Below, one piece after another: positions 17,610 through 25,227 of a stretch of 36,978 bases of DNA. The position numbers were made by a program, and so were the translations under genes. How positions within the stretch are numbered: position 1 is the stretch's first letter; each line of letters begins with the position of its first letter. The stretch is from a virus. Lineage: Duplodnaviria; Caudoviricetes. The notes beneath the pieces were generated by a model that worked only from the letters and a program-made list of their open reading frames with translations, made no database searches and was not told where the DNA came from. The stretch spans positions 1 to 36,978 of IMG/VR virus record IMGVR_UViG_3300048576_000525; one strand, 5' to 3'.

Positions 17610-18347
17610 TCATCGAGTCGCCTCGGCCATCGCGCGCCGCAGCTCGTCAGGGAACGTAGCCGCAGCCACACCTCCCACGGTGGGCACGAACTCCAGACGG
17701 GCAGGGATGCGCACGCGGTCCACGAGGCGGTAGAGCAGGCGCGTGCCTGCGGTGCGATGGATGGCCTTGACCTTGCGCCTGTGCGGGCCCATGCCCACGG
17801 CCACGTTGTCCAGCGTGAGGCCCTTCAGGCGTGCACGGCTGGCCTTGGTGAGCCCCTGATCCACGCGCTGGAGGATCAGCACCTGGCTCCGCACACGCAC
17901 GAGGAACGTGCGCTGATCGCCCACGATGCGGCCGCCCTTGTCCTTGTGGAGCTTGAGATTCTTGGGGTGCAGCTTGTTCGCCCGGCCGATCACCTTGGAC
18001 CTGAACACCTCGGCGTTGGGCTGCCACAGGCGCTTGCCGCCGTGGCGCACACGCTGGGCGCCCTGCTCGTGGTCGTCGAGGAAGTGCCGCTCGTCCGGGT
18101 AGGCGACCGACACCACCACGCGCCAGGTGGACTTGGTCGCGCGATCGGCCTTGGCGATCTTGATCCCGCGCACCACGAACTGCTCACGGCGCAGCTTGAA
18201 CTTGGACTTGAGCTTGCTGCGCTCGGCCTCCTGGCCCTTGTTCGCGCTGCGGTTGAGCGCGAGGCTCACGGCGTAGGGCAGCTGGCGCTGCTGGTAGTCC
18301 GTGAGCCAGCCGAGAACGGCGGTTGGATCGACGTGGAAGCGGATCAC
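17610..18347 (-). CDS. gpZ-like tail completion/neck protein, displaced upstream of cos
   Basis: GTG 18347 with AAGGAGG RBS; RQLPYAVSLALNRSA N-term, basic, C-term F..ELRRAM. Confidence 0.6.
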   Translation of the reverse strand: MIRFHVDPTAVLGWLTDYQQRQLPYAVSLALNRSANKGQEAERSKLKSKFKLRREQFVVRGIKIAKADRATKSTWRVVVSVAYPDERHFLDDHEQGAQRVRHGGKRLWQPNAEVFRSKVIGRANKLHPKNLKLHKDKGGRIVGDQRTFLVRVRSQVLILQRVDQGLTKASRARLKGLTLDNVAVGMGPHRRKVKAIHRTAGTRLLYRLVDRVRIPARLEFVPTVGGVAAATFPDELRRAMAEATR

Positions 18348-18622
18348 TTGGGCCTCCTTGGGCCGTAGTAGAGGGCCCGGATGTAGGACTCGCTGAGTCC
18401 CGCGTGCAGCGCCACGGCCTGGATGGCCTGCCGGGTGCTGCAGTGGGAGGAGAGGGCAGCCCGCACGAGGGCCGGCACCCTGGAGCGCAGGCGCTCGGAC
18501 CGGGCCGCCCGGAGGAGGGCCTGCTCGAGGCGGGTGTCCTCCTCGCGGTGGGGTGCCTCGACCTGGGCGAGGGCGTCCCGGATCTCCTCCGGGACCTGGG
18601 AGAGGTGGACCCAGCACGTCAC
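18344..18622 (-). CDS. Small HTH protein, possible late-gene activator (Mor-like C-terminus)
   Basis: AIQAVALHAGLSESYIRALYY helix-turn-helix; last gene before the late module. Confidence 0.45.
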   Translation of the reverse strand: MTCWVHLSQVPEEIRDALAQVEAPHREEDTRLEQALLRAARSERLRSRVPALVRAALSSHCSTRQAIQAVALHAGLSESYIRALYYGPRRPK

Positions 18623-19107
18623 CGCGGCCCCCTGCTGCCCCCTGGAGCCTTCGAACGGGTCCGGGTGGTGGGGTTGGTGCACCTAGGGGCCTTCGGCGGT
18701 TCTGGGAGGTCCTGGAAGCCGAGGGCGAGGAGGGCCTGATAGACCTCCTCCACGGAGGTGGCCCAGAAGGCGGGGCAGCCCCGGGCAGCCTGGCGGGCGA
18801 GGAAGGCCACCTGGAGCGCCGTGGGCCGGTTGCCCGGCACCTTGACCTCGCAGTAGGCGTTCCGCCCGCGGAACTGGGCAGGCACGGCGTGGCTGGCGTC
18901 CAGCTCCACGACCAGATCCGAGTGCCCGGGCTCGCCGAACCGCACCGGGCGGCCCTTGGGCCCCCAGGGGTGCTGGGAGCCGCCCACCCACACCTGCCCG
19001 GTGTTGACGCGGCGCACCAGCCCGATCCGGCAGGACTTGAGGTAATCGCTGATTTTGCGCTGGATTGCAGTCTCGGGGTTGGAGCCGCGGGGGCCACGGG
19101 CGGTCAT
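18619..19107 (-). CDS. VRR-NUC domain nuclease (Holliday junction resolvase-like)
   Basis: ETAIQRKI..YL, PGHSDL, CEVK.PG.RPT.LQ..FL, SVEEV. Confidence 0.88.
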   Translation of the reverse strand: MTARGPRGSNPETAIQRKISDYLKSCRIGLVRRVNTGQVWVGGSQHPWGPKGRPVRFGEPGHSDLVVELDASHAVPAQFRGRNAYCEVKVPGNRPTALQVAFLARQAARGCPAFWATSVEEVYQALLALGFQDLPEPPKAPRCTNPTTRTRSKAPGGSRGPR

Positions 19108-19118
19108 GCGGCACCCCC

Positions 19119-19304
19119 GAAACGGACATTCCGGACACGGACACGGGGGGTATATATACGAGAGGAAGAAAAGCACTTAGATGGAAAACGGACATTTCGG
19201 ACACACGTTATCTGGCCGGAATATCCGAATCCGGGAAGAGCTATGCATTTCCTCTCTCTCTCATAATACGCGTAGTGTCCGACGTGTCCGAAATGTCCGT
19301 TTTC
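19119..19304. repeat. Iteron cluster, putative replication origin
   Basis: Five CGGACA plus three inverted TGTCCG; perfect 21-bp inverted repeat 19184-19204 / 19284-19304; AT-richer spacers; directly after the primase-helicase. Confidence 0.75.
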
Positions 19305-21687
19305 ACGCTTCGTGGTCATGGGAAGCCTCTTCAAAAACAGGATGGAAGTGCAACATTCGATTAGTGCTTGACGTTCTCGGGCCCATGGAAATGTCCCAGG
19401 TGCCGAGGCGGAGCCGGCCTGGGACGCCCATGGCGCGCTCCAGCTGGTCCAGCCAGCGGCGGAGCTTCCGCGTGCCGGTCTCGTCCGGGCTGCAGGCGAA
19501 CACCTGTGCCACCCTCGCCTCGTGGTAGCTCGCCTGCTCGGCGAGGTCGTGGCGGACGTAATCCTGGAGGGATTGGAACCACGGGAGCCCCTGGCGGATG
19601 GCCAGATCCTTCGCGGCCTGGGCGGCTGCGATCACCTCGTCCGGGTTGAGATGGAGGCGAGCGCTTGCGAAGTCCAGGGCCGCGTCGAACACCTGGGAAC
19701 GGGTCCACCTCGCGGGCGGGATGGGGAGCCCCCGGAAGTCCCTATAGAGCAGGATCCCGGCCCGGTGCACCACCTGGCGCCCCCCTGCGTCCAGCCACGT
19801 GTAGAACGCGTCGAAGGCGGCGTTGCGTTGGGCCTTCGTGCTGATGGGGCTCGGCTCGAGCTGGACGAGGTTCACGCGGTCCTTGGTGGCCTCGTCGTCC
19901 TCGTTGATCTTCAGGGCGTTGGAGCTGAATACCACGGGCTTCGGAGCGATGGTCATGTCGCTTCCGAACTTCTTGCGCAGCTGCAGAGGTTCGCCGGAAG
20001 CGTAGGTTTTCAGATCCTCGAGGTAGGCGGCGCTGAGGAACTGGTCCAGTTCGTCCCGGAAGCAGATCGGGAGGTGCAGGACGGATTCCGTCAGCCAGCC
20101 TCCCTCCCCGCCGTCGAACCGCTGGGAGCCGTAGGTGCGAGGCTCGCCCGCCACCAGGAGGGCGCAGATCTTCGCGGCCGTGCCCTTCCCTGTCGCGGCT
20201 CCGCCGAAGAACCAGGTGATTGGCAGGAACCCGCAGGGCTCCCCTGCCTGCCACCGCTCCTCCGCCCAGAGGGCCGAGAGCGCCGTCGCGAGGCAGAACG
20301 CGGCCACCCGCTCCCCCACCTCGGAATCGGGGACGCCGGGGATCCGCACGTGCAGGTAGGCCCTGCGCAGCCGCTCTACCGTGGCGTCCAGGTCCGCGGG
20401 CGTGGGTGCGCCTGGGTCCTTCCCCGTCCAGGGTTCCCAACCACGCTCCCGGGCATAGCCGGCCCTCTGGGCCTGGGGGATCTCCGTCCAGTGGCGCCCG
20501 TCCTCCAGGAACTGCGGGGGGAGCCAGGCGGGGGACATGTGCGTCTCCGTGGGCCCGCCTTCCACCGTGGCCGCGAGGTCCGGATAGTCCTCTCGCAGCT
20601 TGCGCATCAGGCGGTGCCCGAGGAGCGCCGTGAACTCGTGCAGGCCCTCGGCCACGGGCATCTGATCGTTGATGCGGGCCCGGATCCCGAAGTACCGCCG
20701 GCCGCCGCGAGGGTGAGCGCAGATCCCCGCGCACCGCTGCCCGAAGCGCCAGGCCTCGAGGTCCCGCATGCCCTGGCCCTTGGCCCGGAGGGCACCCTCC
20801 AGGGCCCGGCGCGCGATCTTGGCGAGGCCGTGCTCCTCCCCGGGCGCAGGCACGCTGAGGGCGTGCTCGATCGCCTCTAGGAGGGCGTCCCAGCGCTTCG
20901 CCGGGTCCGCCTCGCGGTAATCCTTCGCCAGCCCGCAGCCGGGCAGGATCGCAGGCGTGGCCACCCGCGCCAGTCGGGTCCGTGCGGACTTGCCGGAGGG
21001 GTCCTGGTCCGTGACCAGGAGGGCCGGCACACCGGGGAAGTGCGCCTGGAGCGTGCGCTCCAGATCCGCGGCGCCGAAGCCGGCCGGGATGGAGCAGAAG
21101 GCGTAGCGGTGCGGCTCCCCCGCGTTGAACGCGTCCCAGGCTGCGGCGATCGCGTCCCACGTGCCCTCGAAGATGACCACGGTGGACGGCTGCAGGCGGG
21201 GATTGGCGATGTAGAGGCCCCGGGCCCCGAGCATCTTGGTCCACTTGGTGCAGGGGGCACCGCTGGCGCGCTCGATCTGGCGCACCTCGAGGCCCACGAA
21301 CTCGGCCCCGAGATACTGCGGCGCCAGCGTCAGGGCGGCGCTCTGGCTCTCCGCGCGGATCCAGTCCTTCTCCGTGGGGAGGAGGGGCTGGACCTGCTGA
21401 ATCGCCTTGCGACTGCACACGTAGACGCCGCAGTGCTCCGCAAGGAAGGCCGCCCCGAAGCCCCGGGCGCCTTCCGCCTCGGCCGCCCGGTAGAGCAGCT
21501 CGTGCGGCTGGAGCTCCACGTGCTGGAGGAGGGCCCCGCTCTCGGCGTCGAACACCACGCGGCCCCGCCCGTCGTGCCCGTGGAAGCACACGGCGGTGAG
21601 GCGGCCGTCCCGGTAGAACCGGGGCTCGTCCTTCGCGGCGATCGCGTCTTCGCGTCCACAAACGGGGCAGATCAGGCCGCATTTCAT
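19303..21687 (-). CDS. Primase-helicase (Zn finger, TOPRIM, SF3 helicase)
   Basis: CPVCG...CFHGH; IFEGTWDAIAA and TDQDPSG (TOPRIM); GGAATGKGT Walker A, FRDE Walker B, FSSN motif C. Confidence 0.85.
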   Translation of the reverse strand: MKCGLICPVCGREDAIAAKDEPRFYRDGRLTAVCFHGHDGRGRVVFDAESGALLQHVELQPHELLYRAAEAEGARGFGAAFLAEHCGVYVCSRKAIQQVQPLLPTEKDWIRAESQSAALTLAPQYLGAEFVGLEVRQIERASGAPCTKWTKMLGARGLYIANPRLQPSTVVIFEGTWDAIAAAWDAFNAGEPHRYAFCSIPAGFGAADLERTLQAHFPGVPALLVTDQDPSGKSARTRLARVATPAILPGCGLAKDYREADPAKRWDALLEAIEHALSVPAPGEEHGLAKIARRALEGALRAKGQGMRDLEAWRFGQRCAGICAHPRGGRRYFGIRARINDQMPVAEGLHEFTALLGHRLMRKLREDYPDLAATVEGGPTETHMSPAWLPPQFLEDGRHWTEIPQAQRAGYARERGWEPWTGKDPGAPTPADLDATVERLRRAYLHVRIPGVPDSEVGERVAAFCLATALSALWAEERWQAGEPCGFLPITWFFGGAATGKGTAAKICALLVAGEPRTYGSQRFDGGEGGWLTESVLHLPICFRDELDQFLSAAYLEDLKTYASGEPLQLRKKFGSDMTIAPKPVVFSSNALKINEDDEATKDRVNLVQLEPSPISTKAQRNAAFDAFYTWLDAGGRQVVHRAGILLYRDFRGLPIPPARWTRSQVFDAALDFASARLHLNPDEVIAAAQAAKDLAIRQGLPWFQSLQDYVRHDLAEQASYHEARVAQVFACSPDETGTRKLRRWLDQLERAMGVPGRLRLGTWDISMGPRTSSTNRMLHFHPVFEEASHDHEA

Positions 21688-21830
21688 GCCTGGCCCCCGA
21701 GCGCCTTGCGGGCCCTGGCGAGGGCACGCTCCTGCTCACGGGTGCGTTGCCCCGCGGATTCGCAGAGCCAGCGGCACACGGCGTCATCAGGCGCGGTGAG
21801 CAGCCAGCGTAGAAAGTCGTTCTGGCTCAC
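21684..21830 (-). CDS. 48-aa hypothetical protein
   Basis: MSQNDFLRWLL...LGGQA, GTGA/ATGA-coupled at both ends. Confidence 0.55.
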   Translation of the reverse strand: MSQNDFLRWLLTAPDDAVCRWLCESAGQRTREQERALARARKALGGQA

Positions 21831-22192
21831 GGTTTCATCTCCCGGGCGCGTGCGTGGTGTTCCTCGCAGCGCTCAGAGCAGACGCCACACCAGCGCTGGC
21901 CCCGGATGGCCTCCCGGCACCCGCAGACGATGCAGATCCCGAGGGCCCTCCAGGCCGGGCGGCGGCGGGCGAGGTTGGCTTTGGATTTCCTGGCGGCCAC
22001 GGCCGCGCAGGCTGCACAGCGGCAGCCCGGCGCGCCGTTGCGCCCCGGCTTGGCAGGCTCGCGCCCGCACTGGACGCAGAGCCCAGCGGCCCGCAGCCCG
22101 GCGCGCCGTTGCGCCTGGTAGCCGCGGTTGTAGGAGCGGCGGTGGGAGGCCCTCCCGGGCGCGTGGTCAGCAGGCATGGGGGGCGGGCTCAC
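21827..22192 (-). CDS. Cys-rich protein with two zinc-ribbon repeats
   Basis: GLCVQCG...CAAC and GICIVCG...CGVC; GTGA-coupled. Confidence 0.65.
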   Translation of the reverse strand: MSPPPMPADHAPGRASHRRSYNRGYQAQRRAGLRAAGLCVQCGREPAKPGRNGAPGCRCAACAAVAARKSKANLARRRPAWRALGICIVCGCREAIRGQRWCGVCSERCEEHHARAREMKP

Positions 22193-22491
22193 GAGCACCA
22201 CCCGCGGAAGCACCAGCGGCGGCCGGTGGTGGCGTTGCGGACTTCGACGCGGGCGGCTCCGAGGCCGATAGCCCACACGCAGGCGCCCACCAGCCACCAG
22301 GAGGCGTCCGCGCTGGCGTGGTAGAGGGGGCGGAGCCGGTCGATCAGGTGGACGCCCATCTCACCCTTGGGGACCGTGAGGACGCCCGCCTTGTTGAGCA
22401 GTTCGTGGGCGCTCTCCCAGTCGCTCCTGATGTAGATGTCGGCCTCGGTTCGGTTGCGCAGGTCTTCGGGGTGCAGGCGGGGGCTAACCAC
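22189..22491 (-). CDS. Hypothetical protein
   Basis: 100 aa, GGAGG RBS before GTG. Confidence 0.6.
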   Translation of the reverse strand: MVSPRLHPEDLRNRTEADIYIRSDWESAHELLNKAGVLTVPKGEMGVHLIDRLRPLYHASADASWWLVGACVWAIGLGAARVEVRNATTGRRWCFRGWCS

Positions 22492-22569
22492 GGCTCACCT
22501 CCAGCTCTCTAGCGTGTCTTTCCGTCTCATTACCGATTTTCCAGATAGACATTGGTTGGTCCTGTGTGT

Positions 22570-22631
22570 GTTGCGCTGAGAACTACGTTTGGTTGCGCTG
22601 ATTTGTTAGGTCGCCTAATTGAAAGTTAGGC
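22570..22631 (+). other. attI-like integron recombination site
   Basis: L box GCCTAAT (22613-19), 5-nt spacer, R box G/TTAGGC (22625-31); upstream direct repeats GTTGCGCTGA (22570, 22592); resembles attI1 GTCGCCCTAAAACAAAG/TTRRRY. Confidence 0.65.
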
Positions 22632-22874
22632 GCCCAGCGCCAGCCTTGTTCTCTCTTTCAGGTTTTCCAACCATTCCGTGCCCGCTGCATCCCCAGCCTG
22701 AACATCAGCCGCGAATACCTGCCAATCCGCCAGGATCTTTTTCAGCCGCTTGCACTCATTCACTTTCGCTTCATGGCAGCGCCTTGCATCAACAAGGTTT
22801 CGTTCAAGCATTAGCTCCAGCCTAACCGTTGCATCAACCCGGACGGTGCCTTCGCTGGTCGGTTCATTCGTCAT
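22626..22874 (-). CDS. Cassette 1 hypothetical protein (82 aa), antisense to attC
   Basis: AAAGGA RBS and ATG inside the attC1 loop; TAA lies in the attI R box. Confidence 0.65.
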   Translation of the reverse strand: MTNEPTSEGTVRVDATVRLELMLERNLVDARRCHEAKVNECKRLKKILADWQVFAADVQAGDAAGTEWLENLKERTRLALGA

Positions 22875-22919
22875 TCTGGTTCCTTTCCCCGGCACCGCCG
22901 GTTATGCCAATCGTTGGGC
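22820..22919 (+). other. attC site 1
   Basis: GCCTAAC-CGTTG-CATCAACC...GGTTATG-CCAATC-GTTGGGC, inner stem CGGTGCC/GGCACCG. Confidence 0.9.
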
Positions 22920-22933
22920 GACACAGATCTACC

Positions 22934-23101
22934 TCAATCCACGTATTCAACGGTGACTTTCCAGTGGTCCGTCTTGCCATCTGGCCGACCCGTTTCAACG
23001 GGTATCTCACACTTCGACGCGCCCATGCGGTCAAGGTGCTGCACCAGCGCAAGGGCTGGAGCATCGGCAGTCTTCAGTTCGTCTTCAAGCTCTTTGCACA
23101 T
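22934..23101 (-). CDS. Cassette 2 hypothetical protein (55 aa; not in the ORF track)
   Basis: GGAGG RBS; MCKELEDELKTADAPALALVQHLDRMGASKCEIPVETGRPDGKTDHWKVTVEYVD. Confidence 0.65.
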   Translation of the reverse strand: MCKELEDELKTADAPALALVQHLDRMGASKCEIPVETGRPDGKTDHWKVTVEYVD

Positions 23102-23139
23102 CGTTTCCTCCGGGGGCGGCTGTTTATGGAGGGCCAGCC

Positions 23140-23207
23140 GCCCAACCCATCGTTCAACCGGACGTTCGGGCTAGCGCCCGCCCGCCGGTTAACTCCATAC
23201 GTTAGGC
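23140..23207 (+). other. attC site 2
   Basis: GCCCAAC-CCATC-GTTCAACC...GGTTAAC-TCCATAC-GTTAGGC, canonical layout with the extra base in L''. Confidence 0.92.
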
Positions 23208-23513
23208 CTGTTCAGCATTCGGAAAATTGGGGTTCGGGATGGTTTCATCTTCGATGTTCACGGCCTGGATCATCGGTATCCCATCGTCAACCCAAGTGAA
23301 GGTATCCAGTGCATATCCCGTCTCGCGTTGCACCTTGCGGAACTCGAACAAACAGCAGACAAACTCCTGAATACAAGCGGAAAGCCGATCATCCGGCACA
23401 TTGGCAAAGTCAGCGATTGAAACAATGTGATATTCGGCAGGGCCTAACCCGTCGCTCAACCTTGACGCTGCCTCTTCCGGCAACCCCCCGGAATTTCCGG
23501 ATACTTCAACCAT
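23202..23513 (-). CDS. Cassette 3 hypothetical protein (103 aa), antisense to attC
   Basis: AAAGGAG RBS and ATG inside the attC3 loop; TAA in the R' box of attC2. Confidence 0.7.
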   Translation of the reverse strand: MVEVSGNSGGLPEEAASRLSDGLGPAEYHIVSIADFANVPDDRLSACIQEFVCCLFEFRKVQRETGYALDTFTWVDDGIPMIQAVNIEDETIPNPNFPNAEQA

Positions 23514-23570
23514 TTCATCTCCTTTCATCGTTTCGCTGCGGCAACGCCGCTTAACTCCGAGGCGTTAGGC
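23442..23570 (+). other. attC site 3 (slightly degenerate L')
   Basis: GCCTAAC-CCGTC-GCTCAACC...GCTTAAC-TCCGAGGC-GTTAGGC, inner stem CGCTGCC/GGCAACG. Confidence 0.8.
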
Positions 23571-23774
23571 GCCCTCTTCTTCCCACCCGCAGTCCCAGGA
23601 GAAGCGGTCATGGGTTCCGTCCTGGTAGGGGTTTGTGTTCTTCGGGTGGCCATATTCCCTCGCCCTCGCCCCAGCTAGCGCCGGCGGAAGGAGCACGAGT
23701 TCCTTCCCACAGGAGGTGCACCTGAAGTCGGGGCTCATCTCGTCGTGGTGGCAGCGTCGTGCGTCAGCAGGCAT
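23565..23774 (-). CDS. Small protein with an Rmf/CrpP-like motif
   Basis: GAGGAGG RBS; NPY....DRFSWDCGW motif and CTSC; its TAA is in the last GTTAGGC core. Confidence 0.6.
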   Translation of the reverse strand: MPADARRCHHDEMSPDFRCTSCGKELVLLPPALAGARAREYGHPKNTNPYQDGTHDRFSWDCGWEEEGA

Positions 23775-25227
23775 GGGGGACGTCCTCCTCAGAACCGCTC
23801 GGACAGCACGCGCCATGCGAGCGCAGCGCACTGTGGGACTTGGCCGTTGCCGAGGGCCTTGAGGCGTCCAACACGGCGAGGGACGCCGCTCGCAACGCGC
23901 GGAAGGTCTGCGGGTTCAGCGGCCCAAGGTCCGTCCAGCCACGGGGCCAGCCCATCAGCCACTCCACCCATTCCGGGTTGAGGGGGCCGTTCAGTTCCGC
24001 AGGGGTGACCATCGTGCGGAGTTTGGCCCGCGCACCGCTGCCGCCCCACTTGCAGAGGGCCGCTCCCCCCGTGTCCGTCACGGCTGTCGGTGTGGGCCAC
24101 AGGGCCTTGGAGGCCATCGTCTGAAGGCTGGGGCGCGTCCTCCCGGTCCTCCCGGCAGAGCCGCCCTGGTTCGTCCCGTAGCTGGTCGCCGTTGGCGTGG
24201 GCCAGAATCCAGATCCGCTTTCGGATGTGCGGAGCACCGGCATCGTCCGCGCCCAGCACGCCCCATTCCGCAGCGAACCCCAGCGCGGCCAGGTCCCCGA
24301 GAACGGTACCGAGTCCCCGAGAAGTGAGCAGTGGGGAGTTCTCCACGAAGACGTAGCGGGGTCGAACCTCGCGAACGATCCGTGCAAACTCCCGCCAGAG
24401 GCCGGAGCGGGCACCGTCGATTCCTTCGCCTCGACCAGCGGCGCTGATGTCCTGGCAGGGGAAGCCTCCGGCGATGAGATCAACGTGGCCTCGCCAGGGG
24501 TTGCCGTCGAAGGTCCGAACGTCGTCCCACACGGGGAACCAGGGGAGGATGCCGTCCCGCTGCCGCTGGAGGAGGACAGACCGAGGGTATTCCTCCAGTT
24601 CAACGGCGCAGACTGGCACATGGCCGAGAAGGAGTCCGCCGAGGATTCCGCCCCCGGCTCCGGCGAAGAGGTGCAGTTCACGAAGTGCCACATGCACCGC
24701 CCCTCCCGCACCGCCGCGAGCACCTGGCAGGCACATGGATCCTCCAGCGGAATGAGGCCCAACGTCTTGCAGGCAGCGGCGTAGACATTCCAGTCGTCGA
24801 CCGTGTAGCACCCGGTCAAGGTGTAGCGGTCGATGATGCGCTTCCGTGCGGCCCTGGCCTCGTCCAGCTCCGCCCGTGCCTCGTTCCGCTCCGCGGTGAG
24901 CGTGCCGATGGTCTCGGCCTGGGCGCGGATGGTCTCCCGGGCCTCCACGAGCAGCGCCTCCGCCTGGGGGCCCAGGGTGATGCCCTTGGGCTTCGCCAGC
25001 GGCTTGCGCGTCTGGATTTCGTAGCCGACGGGGAGCCAGCGATCGGAACCGGCTGGCACCACGACCTTGAGCTCGGCCACGGCCGGGTTCTCGTTGAAAA
25101 GACGGATGGCCTGCTCCACGTTGGCGGCCATGACCTCGGCCACCAGCTGGCGGCGGCCGTGGTGGCTCAGCCTGGGGGGGCCGACCAGCACGTAGCGGCG
25201 CATAGTGGGGGTGGCAGCGGCGCTCAT
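23764..25227 (-). CDS. Overlapping-frame methyltransferase beta polypeptide (own ATG at 24693), in frame with an upstream 178-codon hypothetical ORF
   Basis: WPTP repeats and LNPEWVEWLMGWPRGWT (motif IX-like) in the alternative frame; ATG 25227 is ATGA-coupled. Confidence 0.7.
   Translation of the reverse strand: MSAAATPTMRRYVLVGPPRLSHHGRRQLVAEVMAANVEQAIRLFNENPAVAELKVVVPAGSDRWLPVGYEIQTRKPLAKPKGITLGPQAEALLVEARETIRAQAETIGTLTAERNEARAELDEARAARKRIIDRYTLTGCYTVDDWNVYAAACKTLGLIPLEDPCACQVLAAVREGRCMWHFVNCTSSPEPGAESSADSFSAMCQSAPLNWRNTLGLSSSSGSGTASSPGSPCGTTFGPSTATPGEATLISSPEASPARTSAPLVEAKESTVPAPASGGSLHGSFARFDPATSSWRTPHCSLLGDSVPFSGTWPRWGSLRNGACWARTMPVLRTSESGSGFWPTPTATSYGTNQGGSAGRTGRTRPSLQTMASKALWPTPTAVTDTGGAALCKWGGSGARAKLRTMVTPAELNGPLNPEWVEWLMGWPRGWTDLGPLNPQTFRALRAASLAVLDASRPSATAKSHSALRSHGACCPSGSEEDVPHAC
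23789..24691 (-). CDS. C5 cytosine DNA methyltransferase, main (alpha) polypeptide
   Basis: LFAGAGG (I), GGFPCQDIS (IV), ENSP (VI), PHIRKRIWI (VIII), RLKALGNGQVP (X); motif IX not seen in this frame. Confidence 0.92.
   Translation of the reverse strand: MALRELHLFAGAGGGILGGLLLGHVPVCAVELEEYPRSVLLQRQRDGILPWFPVWDDVRTFDGNPWRGHVDLIAGGFPCQDISAAGRGEGIDGARSGLWREFARIVREVRPRYVFVENSPLLTSRGLGTVLGDLAALGFAAEWGVLGADDAGAPHIRKRIWILAHANGDQLRDEPGRLCREDREDAPQPSDDGLQGPVAHTDSRDGHGGSGPLQVGRQRCAGQTPHDGHPCGTERPPQPGMGGVADGLAPWLDGPWAAEPADLPRVASGVPRRVGRLKALGNGQVPQCAALAWRVLSERF

Larger units (their letters stand above)
22626..23564 (+). mobile_element. Array of three integron gene cassettes (288, 288, 363 bp) without integron integrase
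   Basis: Three attC sites; each R'' complements the R' that opens its own cassette; visibly lower GC than the flanks. Confidence 0.85.

Noticed and set aside
22619-23554. + strand ORFs in the cassettes (22619-22825, 22914-23174, 22829-23299, 23309-23554)
   Set aside because: No RBS, Ser/Pro-rich, some cross attC sites; the minus-strand ORFs have strong RBSs. 22619-22825 does stop in R'', so it is not fully excluded
23565-23790. A fourth cassette
   Set aside because: No attC follows; the gene sits directly behind the methyltransferase, so it is treated as resident phage DNA
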